A stretch of DNA of 64,000 bases from Patescibacteria group bacterium (GCA_043812155.1 JBDRMK010000017.1:146509-210508), one strand, 5' to 3'; positions 18,918 to 29,460 are shown, numbered from the stretch's first letter. Notes: generated by a model not told the origin, from the letters alone. Numbers and translations: made by a program.

Positions 18918-18984
18918 GGGGGTTCGCTTGCCCGCCGTAGTCTCCCGAAGGGAGACGAAGGCGGAAATCCCTCTGCGCTCACCA
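18918..18984 (+). other. tRNA-trailer element: copy of the tRNA-Lys T-stem and acceptor 3' strand with a hairpin in the T-loop, ending in CCA
   Basis: GGGGGTTCG, then CCGCC-GTA-GTCTCCC-GAA-GGGAGAC-GAA-GGCGG, then AAATCCCTCTGCGCTCACCA. The last 16 nt before CCA are identical to the tRNA-Lys 3' end. Confidence 0.55.
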
Positions 18985-19085
18985 TTTTAATAATAAATTA
19001 ATATTTTCCCCGCCAAACTGGCATTTTTTTTAAAATTTTTTTTATAATATAATTATCTATTTTTAACAAAAAATAAAATAATATT

Positions 19086-21812
19086 ATGGCAAAAAAATGC
19101 GTTTATTTTTTCGGCGGCAAGAAAACTGACGGTAATGAAAGTATGAAAAATCTTCTGGGCGGCAAAGGCGCCAATCTGGCGGAAATGGGCGGGCACAAAG
19201 ACCTGAAATTGCCTGTTCCGCCCGGTTTCACCGTGACGACCGAGGTCTGCACTTATTTTTATAAAAACAAGGGGCGCTACCCTCAGGGATTAAAAAACGA
19301 AGTGGATAAATCTTTGGCTAAAGTGGAAAAATTAATGGGCAAGAAATTCGGCGACCCGGAAAATCCTTTGCTCGTCTCGGTCCGTTCCGGCGCCCGGAAA
19401 TCAATGCCCGGCATGATGGAAACGGTCTTAAATATCGGGTTAACCTTAAAAACCATTCCCGGCCTAATAAAACAAGCGGCAGGCGACCGCCGTTTTGTTT
19501 ATGACGCTTATCGCCGCTTGATCATGATGTACGCTGATGTGGTCATGGAAAAAGCCGCCGGCCGGGAAGTAAAAGAAGAGCAGGGCATCCGTCGGCAGCT
19601 TGAAAAAATCATGACAAAGATGAAAAAAGAGAAAGGTTATATTAATGACACTGATTTAACCGCCGAGGATCTGAAAAAATTAACTGAACTTTTTAAAAGA
19701 AGAATTAAAGAAGTCTTAGGCCGGGAATTTCCTGATGACCCGGAAAAACAGCTTTGGGGCGGTATCGCGGCGGTTTTTTCCTCTTGGAACGGTCAAAGAG
19801 CCGTTTCTTACCGACGCATTGAAAATATTCCTGACGAATGGGGCACGGCTGTCAATGTCCAAGCGATGGTCTTCGGCAATATGGGAGTGCATTCTGCCAC
19901 CGGCGTCGCTTTTTCCCGGCATCCAGGCAACGGCGAAAATATTTTCTACGGCGAATATCTTTTAAACGCTCAAGGCGAAGACGTCGTCGCCGGGCTAAGG
20001 ACGCCCGCTCCCATTAATCAGCCTTCCAAATCAGAGCACAATAAAGATCTGCTTACCTTAGAAAAAGCCATGCCAAAACTCTATAAAGAGCTGGCGGGAT
20101 ACCGCACTCGGCTGGAAAAACATTTTCGCGAAATGCAGGATATTGAATTCACGATTGAAAAAGGCCGGCTCTTCATGCTGCAGTGCCGCACCGGAAAAAG
20201 AAACGGCCCGGCCGCCGTCCGGATGGCCGTTGATATGTTCAAAGAAAAGTTAATAACCCCCGAAGAAGCGGTCAAAAGGGTCACCCCGGCTCAATTAGAA
20301 GAATTATTGCATCCGGTGATTGACCCAAAAACGGAAAAAGAAAATACGCCTCTCGCAGTCGGCTTGCCGGCCGGACCGGGGTCGGCGGCCGGCCAGATCG
20401 TCTTCAGCGCGTCGGCGGCGGTTTCCCAGAAAAAAGAAGGTAAGAAAATAATATTAGTGCGGGAAGAGACCAATCCGGAAGATGTGGACGGCATGCGCGC
20501 CGCCGAAGCCATCCTCACGGCCAGGGGCGGTATGACTTCGCACGCCGCTTTGGTCGCCCGCGGCTGGGGCAAATGCTGCATTGTCGGCTGTTCCAGCCTC
20601 CATATTGATTATCAAGCCAAAGAACTCCGGGTCGCGGGAAGAATATTAAAAGAAGGCGACTGGCTGACCTTAAATGGCACCAAAGGAAAAGTTTATGCGG
20701 GCGTCCTTCCCATGATGGATGCTTCAGAAGAAAATAAAATTCTTGATGAATTTTTAAGGATCTGCGGCCGAATAAAACAATTAGGTATCCGCACTAACGC
20801 GGAAACAGTTCAGGATATTAATAAAGCCAAGGGTTTCGGCGCGGAAGGAGTGGGCTTGTTCCGGACCGAACATATGTTCTATGGCCAGGGATCGGACGCG
20901 CCTCTATTTATCCTGCGCCAGATGATCGTGGCTGAAACCCAAGAAGAAAGAAAGAAAGCCGCTGATAAATTATTTCCTTATATAAAAAATGATATTAAAG
21001 CGGCGCTTGCCGCCATGTCAGGTTATCCGGTGGTTATCCGTTTGCTTGATCCGCCTTTGCACGAATTTATTCCCAGCGAACAGGTCAAATCAGACGCTCT
21101 GGCCCAAGAATTGAATATTTCAAAAGAAGAACTGGCCAAAAGGGCGAAAAAACTGCATGAATCAAATCCCATGATGGGCCACCGCGGTGTCCGTCTTGGA
21201 GTGACTTACCCGGAAATCAGCGGCATGCAGATAAAAGCGATTTTAGAAGCGACCGCTGAATTGACCAAAGAGGGCGAGAAACCTTATCCGGAAATAATGA
21301 TTCCCGTGGTTTCTGATCTTAACGAATTGGCTGACCAGCGTTTAATCGCAGAAAAGATATACAAAGACGTTCTAAAAAAATTCGGTTTGAAAAAAATTAG
21401 GCACGCTTTCGGCACGATGATTGAAATTCCCCGGGCCGCCATTTTGGCCAACGAATTGGCAAAATCAGCGGAATTTTTTTCTTTCGGCACCAACGATCTC
21501 ACCCAGATGACTTTTGGTTTTTCCCGCGATGATATCGGCGGTTTTCTTCCTATCTATCTAAAAAAAGGAATTTTTGCGGATGATCCTTTTCAAACGCTTG
21601 ACCAGAAAGGCGTCGGCGAACTGATAAAGATCGCCATCACTAGGGGCCGCCAGACCCGCAAAAATCTGGAAGTCGGCATCTGCGGCGAACACGGCGGTGA
21701 TCCGCGAACCGTCAGTTTTTGCCACAAGACAGGCATGGATTACGTCAGCTGCTCGCCTTTCCGCATTCCGATCGCCAAATTGGCCGCCGCCCAGGCGAAA
21801 TTGGAAAATTAA
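19086..21812 (+). CDS. ppdK: pyruvate, phosphate dikinase
   Basis: N-terminal ATP-grasp region, catalytic His motif GGMTSHAALVARGWGKCCIVGC, C-terminal PEP-utilising TIM barrel. Confidence 0.9.
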   Translation: MAKKCVYFFGGKKTDGNESMKNLLGGKGANLAEMGGHKDLKLPVPPGFTVTTEVCTYFYKNKGRYPQGLKNEVDKSLAKVEKLMGKKFGDPENPLLVSVRSGARKSMPGMMETVLNIGLTLKTIPGLIKQAAGDRRFVYDAYRRLIMMYADVVMEKAAGREVKEEQGIRRQLEKIMTKMKKEKGYINDTDLTAEDLKKLTELFKRRIKEVLGREFPDDPEKQLWGGIAAVFSSWNGQRAVSYRRIENIPDEWGTAVNVQAMVFGNMGVHSATGVAFSRHPGNGENIFYGEYLLNAQGEDVVAGLRTPAPINQPSKSEHNKDLLTLEKAMPKLYKELAGYRTRLEKHFREMQDIEFTIEKGRLFMLQCRTGKRNGPAAVRMAVDMFKEKLITPEEAVKRVTPAQLEELLHPVIDPKTEKENTPLAVGLPAGPGSAAGQIVFSASAAVSQKKEGKKIILVREETNPEDVDGMRAAEAILTARGGMTSHAALVARGWGKCCIVGCSSLHIDYQAKELRVAGRILKEGDWLTLNGTKGKVYAGVLPMMDASEENKILDEFLRICGRIKQLGIRTNAETVQDINKAKGFGAEGVGLFRTEHMFYGQGSDAPLFILRQMIVAETQEERKKAADKLFPYIKNDIKAALAAMSGYPVVIRLLDPPLHEFIPSEQVKSDALAQELNISKEELAKRAKKLHESNPMMGHRGVRLGVTYPEISGMQIKAILEATAELTKEGEKPYPEIMIPVVSDLNELADQRLIAEKIYKDVLKKFGLKKIRHAFGTMIEIPRAAILANELAKSAEFFSFGTNDLTQMTFGFSRDDIGGFLPIYLKKGIFADDPFQTLDQKGVGELIKIAITRGRQTRKNLEVGICGEHGGDPRTVSFCHKTGMDYVSCSPFRIPIAKLAAAQAKLEN

Positions 21813-21833
21813 AGAACTATATTAATATAATTC

Positions 21834-22421
21834 ATGAAAAATAATATAATCTCGGCGAAAAAATTACAGAAAGAAGAAATAATCCTTTTGCTTAAAAAAT
21901 ATAATATACCTTTTGAACAATGGGGTAAGGGGGAAAGTAAAATTATAGAATATTTGTTTCGGGAAATAGAAAGGGGTGAAACGGTATTAACTGAAGAAAA
22001 TGGCGAACTTTTAAGAAACGTTTGTGGCGTCGGAATAGATATTTATTTCAAAAATGAAAAAAATCGCTTTAAATTAATCGAAACCCGGCAGCAATTCTCA
22101 GACGGACGAACAAGAAAAAGACCTAAACTTGAAAATTCCGTGGCGGAAAAAATAAAAAATGGGGAAAAACCGTCTGAGACCGCGTTAAGAGCCCTAAAGG
22201 AAGAGCTAGGTTTAGAGGTAAAGCCTGAAGCGATAAAATTCGTCTGCACTGATAAAAATATTCGTGATCCTCAAAGTTTTCCCGGCCTAAAATCAAGATA
22301 TATTATCCATCATTTTACTATCAATATTACGCCGGATTTATTCCAACCTGAAGGTTATATTGAAAACCGCAAAGACTTAAAAAGTTATTGGCAGTGGATA
22401 AAACAAGCCGAAGAAAAATAA
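21834..22421 (+). CDS. hypothetical protein with a degenerate NUDIX-like box
   Basis: E-x7-RALKEELGL partially matches E-x7-REUxEExGU. The catalytic Glu is replaced, so function is uncertain. Confidence 0.4.
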   Translation: MKNNIISAKKLQKEEIILLLKKYNIPFEQWGKGESKIIEYLFREIERGETVLTEENGELLRNVCGVGIDIYFKNEKNRFKLIETRQQFSDGRTRKRPKLENSVAEKIKNGEKPSETALRALKEELGLEVKPEAIKFVCTDKNIRDPQSFPGLKSRYIIHHFTINITPDLFQPEGYIENRKDLKSYWQWIKQAEEK

Positions 22422-22439
22422 TTATTTTTTTCCAAACAC

Positions 22440-22472
22440 AAAATCCTCTTTTTAATAAGAGGATTTTGTTTT
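22440..22472. terminator. bidirectional hairpin terminator
   Basis: AAAATCCTCTT/AAGAGGATTTT stem with T-runs on both strands. Lies between convergent genes. Confidence 0.65.
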
Positions 22473-22488
22473 ATCTGAAATGAAAATT

Positions 22489-22767
22489 TTAGACCTTTAA
22501 GGAATCCTTCAGTTTCTTGCCCGCTTTGAATTTCGGCACGGTCACGGCCGGGATCTGGATCTTTTGCTCCGGGTGCTGGGGATTAACGCCCATTCTCGCT
22601 TCTCTTCTTTTGGCCGAAAAAGTGCCAAATCCGGTCAGGGTCACTTCGCCGCTGGCTTTTAACTGCTCCATGACGATGGCTTCAAAAGAATCCATCACGT
22701 CTTCGCATTGTTTTTTGTTTAAACCGACTTTTTCCGCGATCTTGTCGCAAAGTTCCGCTTTGTTCAT
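22489..22767 (-). CDS. hup: DNA-binding protein HU
   Basis: 92 aa with the HU/IHF-family signature (GFGTFSAKRREARMGVNPQ). Confidence 0.85.
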   Translation of the reverse strand: MNKAELCDKIAEKVGLNKKQCEDVMDSFEAIVMEQLKASGEVTLTGFGTFSAKRREARMGVNPQHPEQKIQIPAVTVPKFKAGKKLKDSLKV

Positions 22768-22823
22768 TTTTTTCTTCTCCTTATTAGATTTTTATTAATA
22801 TATAAATTTGTCGACCTTAAAAT

Positions 22824-23621
22824 TTATACGCTGACTGTTTCCCTTATTCTTTCAATTTTTTTTGATTTTTTCGTTTTGCAGTCAATTTCCAAATAGACGG
22901 CGTTGATCAGCACTTCGCCTTCTTCCGGAATTTCCATCCGGAAAGGTAGCTGGGTTAAAAAGGCTTTTATCACTTCTTCCTTCCGGTCGCCGATCACAGA
23001 GTCGGCCGCGCCAACCATACCCACGTCGGAAATATAAGCCGTTCCGGCCGGCAAGATCCGCTCGTCAGCCGTGGCCACGTGAGTATGAGTGCCTAAGACC
23101 GCCTGCGCCCGTCCGTCCAGATAATGGCCTAGGGCCATTTTTTCCGAAGTCGCTTCCGCGTGGAAATCAACAATGACCACCGCTTCTTCTTTTTTGTATT
23201 TTTGAAAAATCTCGTCGAACTTCCGGAAAGGGCAATCAAAGTCCTCGCCCATGAACACCCGACCCACTAAGTTTACCACAAGTACCTTTTTTAGGCCAAT
23301 TTCAAGCAATTTTTCCCCCCTACCGGCCACGCCTGGCGGATAATTCGCCGGCCGGATTACTTTAGGGTCGGGAGCTTCAAGCATCGCCCGGATATCTTCT
23401 TTTTTAAGAAAATGATTGCCCGTGGTAAAAAAATCCACGCCTGCGTCCATCATTTCATTGGCGGTTTTCTCCGTCAGGCCGATGCCGTGGGCCAAATTCT
23501 CGCCGTTTGCCAATACTAAATCCGGTTGGTATTTCTTTTTTAATTTCGGCATGATTTTTTTCAAACCTTCACGGCCGATCCGGCCGATTATGTCGCCGAA
23601 GAAGAGTACTTTGAGGGTCAC
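22824..23621 (-). CDS. ymdB: YmdB-family metallophosphoesterase (2',3'-cyclic-nucleotide phosphodiesterase)
   Basis: FGDIIGRIGR, GNHF and GHTHV metal-binding motifs of the TIGR00282 family. Confidence 0.8.
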   Translation of the reverse strand: MTLKVLFFGDIIGRIGREGLKKIMPKLKKKYQPDLVLANGENLAHGIGLTEKTANEMMDAGVDFFTTGNHFLKKEDIRAMLEAPDPKVIRPANYPPGVAGRGEKLLEIGLKKVLVVNLVGRVFMGEDFDCPFRKFDEIFQKYKKEEAVVIVDFHAEATSEKMALGHYLDGRAQAVLGTHTHVATADERILPAGTAYISDVGMVGAADSVIGDRKEEVIKAFLTQLPFRMEIPEEGEVLINAVYLEIDCKTKKSKKIERIRETVSV

Positions 23622-23664
23622 GCGTTTTTGGTTGATTAGTTAATTAAGAGAATTAAGTAATTGA

Positions 23665-23790
23665 GAAATTAAGAGTTTTTGAGCATTGGAATTTTGAAAT
23701 TGTTTGGGATTTGATGCTTGAAATTTGGAATTTATAACCATACCTATAACCTTACCAGCTGCCAAACCTTAATTCCAAAACCAAAACAAC
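23665..23790. repeat. AT-rich dispersed repeat (AAATTCCAATG family), copy in reverse orientation
   Basis: GAGCATTGGAATTTTGAAATTG... is the reverse complement of the 9115 and 45740 copies. Confidence 0.55.
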
Positions 23791-23793
23791 GAT

Positions 23794-25320
23794 CTAACGC
23801 GCGTACTCCGTCACTCTGGTCTCGCGGATGACATTTACTTTTATTTCACCGGGATAACGCAATTCTTCTTCAATTTTTTTGGCGATCGCCGCCGCCAGTT
23901 TCATCGCGGCCAGATCGTCGATCTGCTCCGGCATGACAAAAACCCGGATTTCCCGGCCGGCTTGCACGGCATAGGTTTTTTCCACGCCCGGAAATTGCTT
24001 GGCCACTGCTTCCAATTCTTCCAGTCTTTGGATGTAATTTTCATAAGTATCTTTTCTGGCCCCCGGTCGAGCGCCGGAAATAGCATCGGCTACTTTTACG
24101 ATAATGCCTTCCAAAGTTTTTGGCGCGTCCGAATGGTGAGATTTAGCCACATAAGCCACTTCTTCCGGCAGACCGAATTTTTTCATGATATCATAACCGA
24201 TCTCCGGATGGCCGCCCTGCACTTCATGGTCGATCGCCTTGCCGATATCGTGCAGAAGACCGCCCTTTTTGCAGACACTGACATTCGCCCCAAGCTCCTG
24301 GGCTAAAAGGGCGGAAAGTTCCGCCACTTCAATAGAATGCTGCAGAACATTCTGACCGTAAGAAGTCCGGTATTTTAAGCGGCCTAGGATCTGAATAAGT
24401 TTGGGGTCTAAACCGGCCACTCCTACTTTATACGCCGCTTCCTCGCCGGCTTTTTTAATATCCAAGGCTAATTCTTTTTTCGCTTTTTCGATCGTTTCTT
24501 CAATTCGGGCCGGATGAATGCGGCCGTCGGCGATCAATTTATCCAGGGTTCTTTTGGCCAAGTGCCTTCTGATCGGGTTAAAACCGGAGATGACGATCGC
24601 CTCCGGCGTGTCGTCCACTATAATTTCGACTCCGGTCAGCTGTTCGATCGTTTTGATATTGCGGCCTTCGCGTCCGATGATCCGGCCTTTCATTTCGTCC
24701 GAAGGCAAATTTACCACTGTGGTCGTTGTTTCCGTGGCGTGCGAGGAGGCGATCCGCTGGATGACGGAGGAAAGAATATTTTTTGATTCTTTTTCCAGCT
24801 CTTCCTGGCTTTCCGCCTGGAGCTTGCGGATGCGGGCCAAAAGCTCTTCTTTCATCCGGGTCTCCGTATTTTCCAAGAGAACTTTCTTTGCCTCTTCCAT
24901 GGTAAGCTGAGCGATCTTCTCCAATTTTTTTATCTGCTCCTCTTTAACGCCGGAAATCTCTTCTTTCATCTTTTCGATCCGCTGGACTTTATCAAGCAAA
25001 CCTTGTTGCCGTTCCTCAAAATCCAAAATTTTCTGGTCAAACAAACTTTCTCTTTTTTCCAGACGGCCCTGGATACGGTTTAACTCCCGTAGCCGTTCCT
25101 CTCCCTCTTTTTTGGCATCTTCAATAACCGAAAGCGCCTTATCTTTGGCCTGGATAAGGATCTCTTTTTGCTTTTCTTTGGCCTGGTCGATTAAACTTTT
25201 CGATTTTGCTTCAACCGAAGCTGACTCCCTGATCGCCCAAAACTTGCGGGCAAAGTAACCGGCTAAAATGCCGCCCGGCAAGCCTATGGCCAGGAGTATG
25301 ATCCAAATTGATGTGTTCAT
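23794..25320 (-). CDS. rny: ribonuclease Y
   Basis: N-terminal TM helix, coiled coil, KH domain and HD domain (LLHDIGKA). Confidence 0.9.
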   Translation of the reverse strand: MNTSIWIILLAIGLPGGILAGYFARKFWAIRESASVEAKSKSLIDQAKEKQKEILIQAKDKALSVIEDAKKEGEERLRELNRIQGRLEKRESLFDQKILDFEERQQGLLDKVQRIEKMKEEISGVKEEQIKKLEKIAQLTMEEAKKVLLENTETRMKEELLARIRKLQAESQEELEKESKNILSSVIQRIASSHATETTTTVVNLPSDEMKGRIIGREGRNIKTIEQLTGVEIIVDDTPEAIVISGFNPIRRHLAKRTLDKLIADGRIHPARIEETIEKAKKELALDIKKAGEEAAYKVGVAGLDPKLIQILGRLKYRTSYGQNVLQHSIEVAELSALLAQELGANVSVCKKGGLLHDIGKAIDHEVQGGHPEIGYDIMKKFGLPEEVAYVAKSHHSDAPKTLEGIIVKVADAISGARPGARKDTYENYIQRLEELEAVAKQFPGVEKTYAVQAGREIRVFVMPEQIDDLAAMKLAAAIAKKIEEELRYPGEIKVNVIRETRVTEYAR

Positions 25321-25499
25321 AAAATTGTTTTCCTAATCCATAAAACCGCAAGACAACCGCCAAACACGATATATTTGGCCTTTCTTTCTTGGCTTGTTTG
25401 ATTATTTTATGGATTATCATATTCATTATTAATTAGATACTTTAACCATATTAACACAAAAAAGAAAATCCGGCAAGGACTAGCTATATTCTTTCGTTT

Positions 25500-26075
25500 T
25501 TACGGCCGATTGGTGATGATTTTATCGATCAGGCCGTATTTTTTCGCTTCTTCCGCAGACATGAAAAAATCGCGGTCAGTGTCTTTTTCGATCTTAGCCA
25601 AAGACTGGCCGGTATGTTCGGAAAGGATCTTATTTATCTTATCGCGGATCTTTAAGATATGCTCGGCCCGAATCTTGACATCCACCGCCTGGCCGCCCGC
25701 CTCGCCCATCACCTGGTGCAATAAGATCTCGGAATTGGGCAGGGTAAACCTTTTTCCCCGTGTACCGGCGGAAAGCAAAACCGCCCCCATGGAAGCGGCC
25801 ATCCCGACGCAGATCGTGGCGACCTCTGGGGTAATATATTGCATCGTATCGTAAATCGCCATCCCGGCCGTGACCGAACCGCCCGGCGTGTTAATGTATA
25901 TTTTTATTTCTTTATTTTTATCTTCGCTGGCCAAGAATAACAGCTGGGCGATGATGGTATTGGCCAAAGCATCAGAGATCACGTCGCCTAAGAAAATTAT
26001 CCTTTCCTTTAAAAGGCGGGAATAAATATCATATGCACGCTCGCCCAATGAGGTTTTTTCCACCACCATAGGCAC
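25500..26075 (-). CDS. clpP: ATP-dependent Clp protease proteolytic subunit
   Basis: Ser-His-Asp catalytic context ([11 protein letters not shown]...) and overall ClpP pattern. Confidence 0.9.
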   Translation of the reverse strand: MPMVVEKTSLGERAYDIYSRLLKERIIFLGDVISDALANTIIAQLLFLASEDKNKEIKIYINTPGGSVTAGMAIYDTMQYITPEVATICVGMAASMGAVLLSAGTRGKRFTLPNSEILLHQVMGEAGGQAVDVKIRAEHILKIRDKINKILSEHTGQSLAKIEKDTDRDFFMSAEEAKKYGLIDKIITNRP

Positions 26076-26162
26076 TCAAACCTGATTTTTTACTGCTGCC
26101 AGATATTTTATATTTAATGATTATCGCTTATTGATTATAAATTAAAAGAAAAATTTTATCAA

Positions 26163-27143
26163 TCATTCGATCCGCCAGCCATCGGCGGTTTTAACCAACT
26201 TGCCTTTAACGGAAAAACCGGCCGCTTTTTTATGGCCGCCGCCGCCGTATTCGGCGGCGATCTTGGCCACGTCCACTTCTTCGCGGGTGGTCCTTAAACT
26301 GCCTTTGACTGTTCCGCTCTTTTCTTCTTTATAAAGAAGGGTGTATTTGGCGTCCGAAAGAAAATTCAAGAAATTGCTTATCCCTTCCGTTGACTCCTCT
26401 TCCGCTCCGCATTCTTCCAGATCTTTTAGGGTGATGGCCGAAGTGACCACGCCGGTTTTTTCATTTTTTTCCAGCCGGGACAAGACCCGGCCCCAAAGCT
26501 TCAAAGAAACCACGTTTTTATTTTTCTGAGTATGATCGCAGATTTTTTTAATATTGGTCCCCTTATTCATCAGGTCGGCCGCCATGGAAAAAGAGGAGAC
26601 GGTCGTGCCGAGATTGGAAAAACAGCCCGTGTCGGTCAAAACGCCGGTGAGAAGATTAGTGGCTTTTTCCTTGTTCAGATGAATTTTTAAAAAATCAAAA
26701 AAATTATAGATGATCTCGGACGTGGACGAGACTTCCAGGCTGACTATATTCAGGTCAAAAAAATGGTCTTCATCCAAACTGGAAGTAAGATGATGATCGA
26801 TGTTGATGACCTTAGTTTTATTTTTATCGATCTGAAAAAGAAAATCCTTTAAACCGGTCCTTTTCACGTCGCCCGCGTCCAAAAATATGACCAGATCAAA
26901 ATCCGCCACCTTCTCCAATTGGTGGCTTATCTTTTCAATACCGGGCAGAAAAAAATAGGCGTCAATCACTTTTTCCCGGGCATAGCAAAGGTGTTTTTTC
27001 CCCAAATCTTCCAAATAATAGGACAAAGCGATCATGGCGCCTAAAGCGTCGCCATCAGGCCGTTCATGGGTGGACAGCAGGATATTATTCGCTTTTGAGA
27101 TCAGTTCCTGAAGTTTTAGAAAAGATGAATTAAATTCTTCCAT
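26163..27143 (-). CDS. nrnA: DHH-DHHA1 phosphoesterase (NrnA-like oligoribonuclease/pAp phosphatase)
   Basis: DHH motif region HERPDGDALGA and DHHA1 GGGH motif. Confidence 0.8.
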   Translation of the reverse strand: MEEFNSSFLKLQELISKANNILLSTHERPDGDALGAMIALSYYLEDLGKKHLCYAREKVIDAYFFLPGIEKISHQLEKVADFDLVIFLDAGDVKRTGLKDFLFQIDKNKTKVINIDHHLTSSLDEDHFFDLNIVSLEVSSTSEIIYNFFDFLKIHLNKEKATNLLTGVLTDTGCFSNLGTTVSSFSMAADLMNKGTNIKKICDHTQKNKNVVSLKLWGRVLSRLEKNEKTGVVTSAITLKDLEECGAEEESTEGISNFLNFLSDAKYTLLYKEEKSGTVKGSLRTTREEVDVAKIAAEYGGGGHKKAAGFSVKGKLVKTADGWRIE

Positions 27144-27176
27144 AAAAATAGTTAAAACAGGCTTTAACCGCCTATT

Positions 27177-27521
27177 TTATGACTCTTCCGAGATTTTGTC
27201 AATAAGCGCTTCCACCCGCGCCGCCTCTTCTTCGGTGCTGTCCACGGTAAATATGATCTTCGGCACGATCCGCCGGAACATCCGCCGGTTCAGGCATTGC
27301 TGAAGATGATAGACGTTCTTGGCCAATATCTTCAGAACGGTGCCGGTCTGAGAAACGGGTAAAACCGAAATATAAACCTTGGCGTGGGCGATATCAGCCG
27401 AGGTTTTCACTTTTATGACCGTTACTAAACAGCCGAGCGGAAACTCCACTTCTTTCAAGAGAAGCTCCGCCACTTCCTTTAAAATCAGCTGGTTAACCTG
27501 ATTTAAGCGTTTTTCCGACAT
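27177..27521 (-). CDS. rbfA: ribosome-binding factor A
   Basis: Size, position immediately downstream of infB, and RbfA-like KH fold sequence. Confidence 0.75.
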   Translation of the reverse strand: MSEKRLNQVNQLILKEVAELLLKEVEFPLGCLVTVIKVKTSADIAHAKVYISVLPVSQTGTVLKILAKNVYHLQQCLNRRMFRRIVPKIIFTVDSTEEEAARVEALIDKISEES

Positions 27522-29374
27522 TATTTTATTTGAATCTTTTTGAAGATTTTTTGCTCTTCATAGGCTTCTATAACGTCATTGACCGCGATAACAGGCTCGC
27601 CTTCAAATTTAACGCCTGCTTCCTGGCCCTTGCCGACTTCCGGCACCGCTTTTTTATCTTGCTGAGTCTGGGAGATAGTGCCGCGGCCAATCTCCACCTT
27701 ATCTCTTAAGACTTTTACTTTTGCTTTAGGCCGGAATTTTCCTTCCGTCACTTTGCCGCCGACGATCATCGATTTTTTCTCGGTCCTAAAAATTGCCAGC
27801 ACTTTCATCCGTCCGGTCTTTTCCTCGAAAATATCCGGGCTGAGCATCCCCTCTAATTTGCTTTTTATCTCATCAAATAATTCGTAGATGATCTTATAGC
27901 TTTTAAAAACTACCTTTTTTTCCCGGGCCAGATCTTCCGCCGAAGAGGTCAAAGAAACGTTAAATCCCCGCAGGAGAGCGTCGGTGGCTTCCGCTTTTGA
28001 GATATCGCTGTCCATGATATTGCCCAGACCGCTGTAGACGATCTCAAGCTTAACTTCCGGGTGCTGAAACTTTTTCAGGCTCTCGGAAATCGCTTCCAAC
28101 GAGCCCAAATTATCCGCCTTTAATATTATTTTCAGCTCTTTAACCTTCCTTTCCCCCTTTCCTTCCTTCATTCTTTCCTCTTTTTCTTTTTTGGTCTCTA
28201 TCCGGCTTTCCGTCGGCTTAATAAGATGCTTGTCCAGGCGATACTGCTTGGCTTGCTTTTTATACTGGCTTAAATCCTTGACCACCGTTAAGATATCGCC
28301 GACGACCGGCGAACCTTTAAGGCCGTAAATCTTTACGGGTGTTGAAGGCGAGGCTTCCCTGACCGCTTCACCCAAGAAATTTTTCATCGCTTTTATTTTT
28401 CCGTAGACGTCCCCGATGGCGACTAATTCGCTGATTTTCAAGGTACCGGTATGGATAATGACCGTGGCCGTGGCTCCCTCCTGCGGATCAATATGCGATT
28501 CCACCACGGAAGCGATAACGCTTCCGTTTGGATTGGCCAGAATTTTTTGTTTTTCCATTTCATAGACCAATAAAATCATTTCTAAAAGCTCATCAATCCC
28601 TTTTTTCTCTTTGGCGGAAACTTTGGCCACAATGGTTTTGCCTCCCCATTCTTCCGACAACAGATCCAGATCCGCCAATTCTCTCATTACCCGGTCAATG
28701 TCGCTTTCCGGCTTGTCAATTTTATTGATGGCGACGATCAAGGGCAAACCGGCGGTTTTTATGATATTCAAGGCTTCTTTGGTCTGGGGTTTAATGCCGT
28801 CATCAGCCGCCACCACTAAAATGGCGATGTCCGCCACCTTGGCCCCGCGCGAACGCATGGCGGTAAACGCCTCATGCCCAGGAGTATCAATAAAAGTGAT
28901 ATATTGGTTCTTATGCTTGACTTGATAAGCGCCGATGCGCTGGGTGATGCCGCCGTATTCTGAATCTACCACTTTGGTCTGGCGGATGGCGTCCAAGAGC
29001 AAGGTTTTGCCGTGGTCAACATGGCCCAAGACCACCACGATCGGCGGCCGGGATTTCAAATTTTTCTTCTCTTCATGGCCGATAATTTCTTTATAATCCT
29101 GGCCCTCCGCCACTTCCTTCTCTTCTTTAAGCGTCGCCTCAAAACCCAGGTCATCAGCGATAATGGCGGCCGTGTCAAAATCCACGTTCTCATTCTGGCT
29201 GGCCAGCACTCCGTTTTTCATCAAACTGGCGATCACTTCCGTCACCGGCAAAACCAAAAGGCCGGCCAGATCCTTGACGGAAATTCTCGGCGGCACTTTT
29301 ATTACTTTTTTCTCCGGCGCTATTTCCGCGACCGGCGGAGTATTGTCAGACTTTATTTGATTTTCTTCAGCCAT
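27521..29374 (-). CDS. infB: translation initiation factor IF-2
   Basis: G-domain motifs GHVDHGKT, DTPGH and NKID, plus C-terminal beta-barrel domains. Confidence 0.9.
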   Translation of the reverse strand: MAEENQIKSDNTPPVAEIAPEKKVIKVPPRISVKDLAGLLVLPVTEVIASLMKNGVLASQNENVDFDTAAIIADDLGFEATLKEEKEVAEGQDYKEIIGHEEKKNLKSRPPIVVVLGHVDHGKTLLLDAIRQTKVVDSEYGGITQRIGAYQVKHKNQYITFIDTPGHEAFTAMRSRGAKVADIAILVVAADDGIKPQTKEALNIIKTAGLPLIVAINKIDKPESDIDRVMRELADLDLLSEEWGGKTIVAKVSAKEKKGIDELLEMILLVYEMEKQKILANPNGSVIASVVESHIDPQEGATATVIIHTGTLKISELVAIGDVYGKIKAMKNFLGEAVREASPSTPVKIYGLKGSPVVGDILTVVKDLSQYKKQAKQYRLDKHLIKPTESRIETKKEKEERMKEGKGERKVKELKIILKADNLGSLEAISESLKKFQHPEVKLEIVYSGLGNIMDSDISKAEATDALLRGFNVSLTSSAEDLAREKKVVFKSYKIIYELFDEIKSKLEGMLSPDIFEEKTGRMKVLAIFRTEKKSMIVGGKVTEGKFRPKAKVKVLRDKVEIGRGTISQTQQDKKAVPEVGKGQEAGVKFEGEPVIAVNDVIEAYEEQKIFKKIQIK

Positions 29375-29460
29375 AAAATATATTAATTTAGATACTTTAT
29401 TCTATTAAAAATTAGCCAAAAAGTCAAATAATCCCGTTAAAGATTATACTTTAAGAGGGA

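Noticed and set aside
19716-21502. Several small ORFs on both strands within ppdK
   Set aside because: They are internal to a 908-aa gene with continuous PPDK homology.
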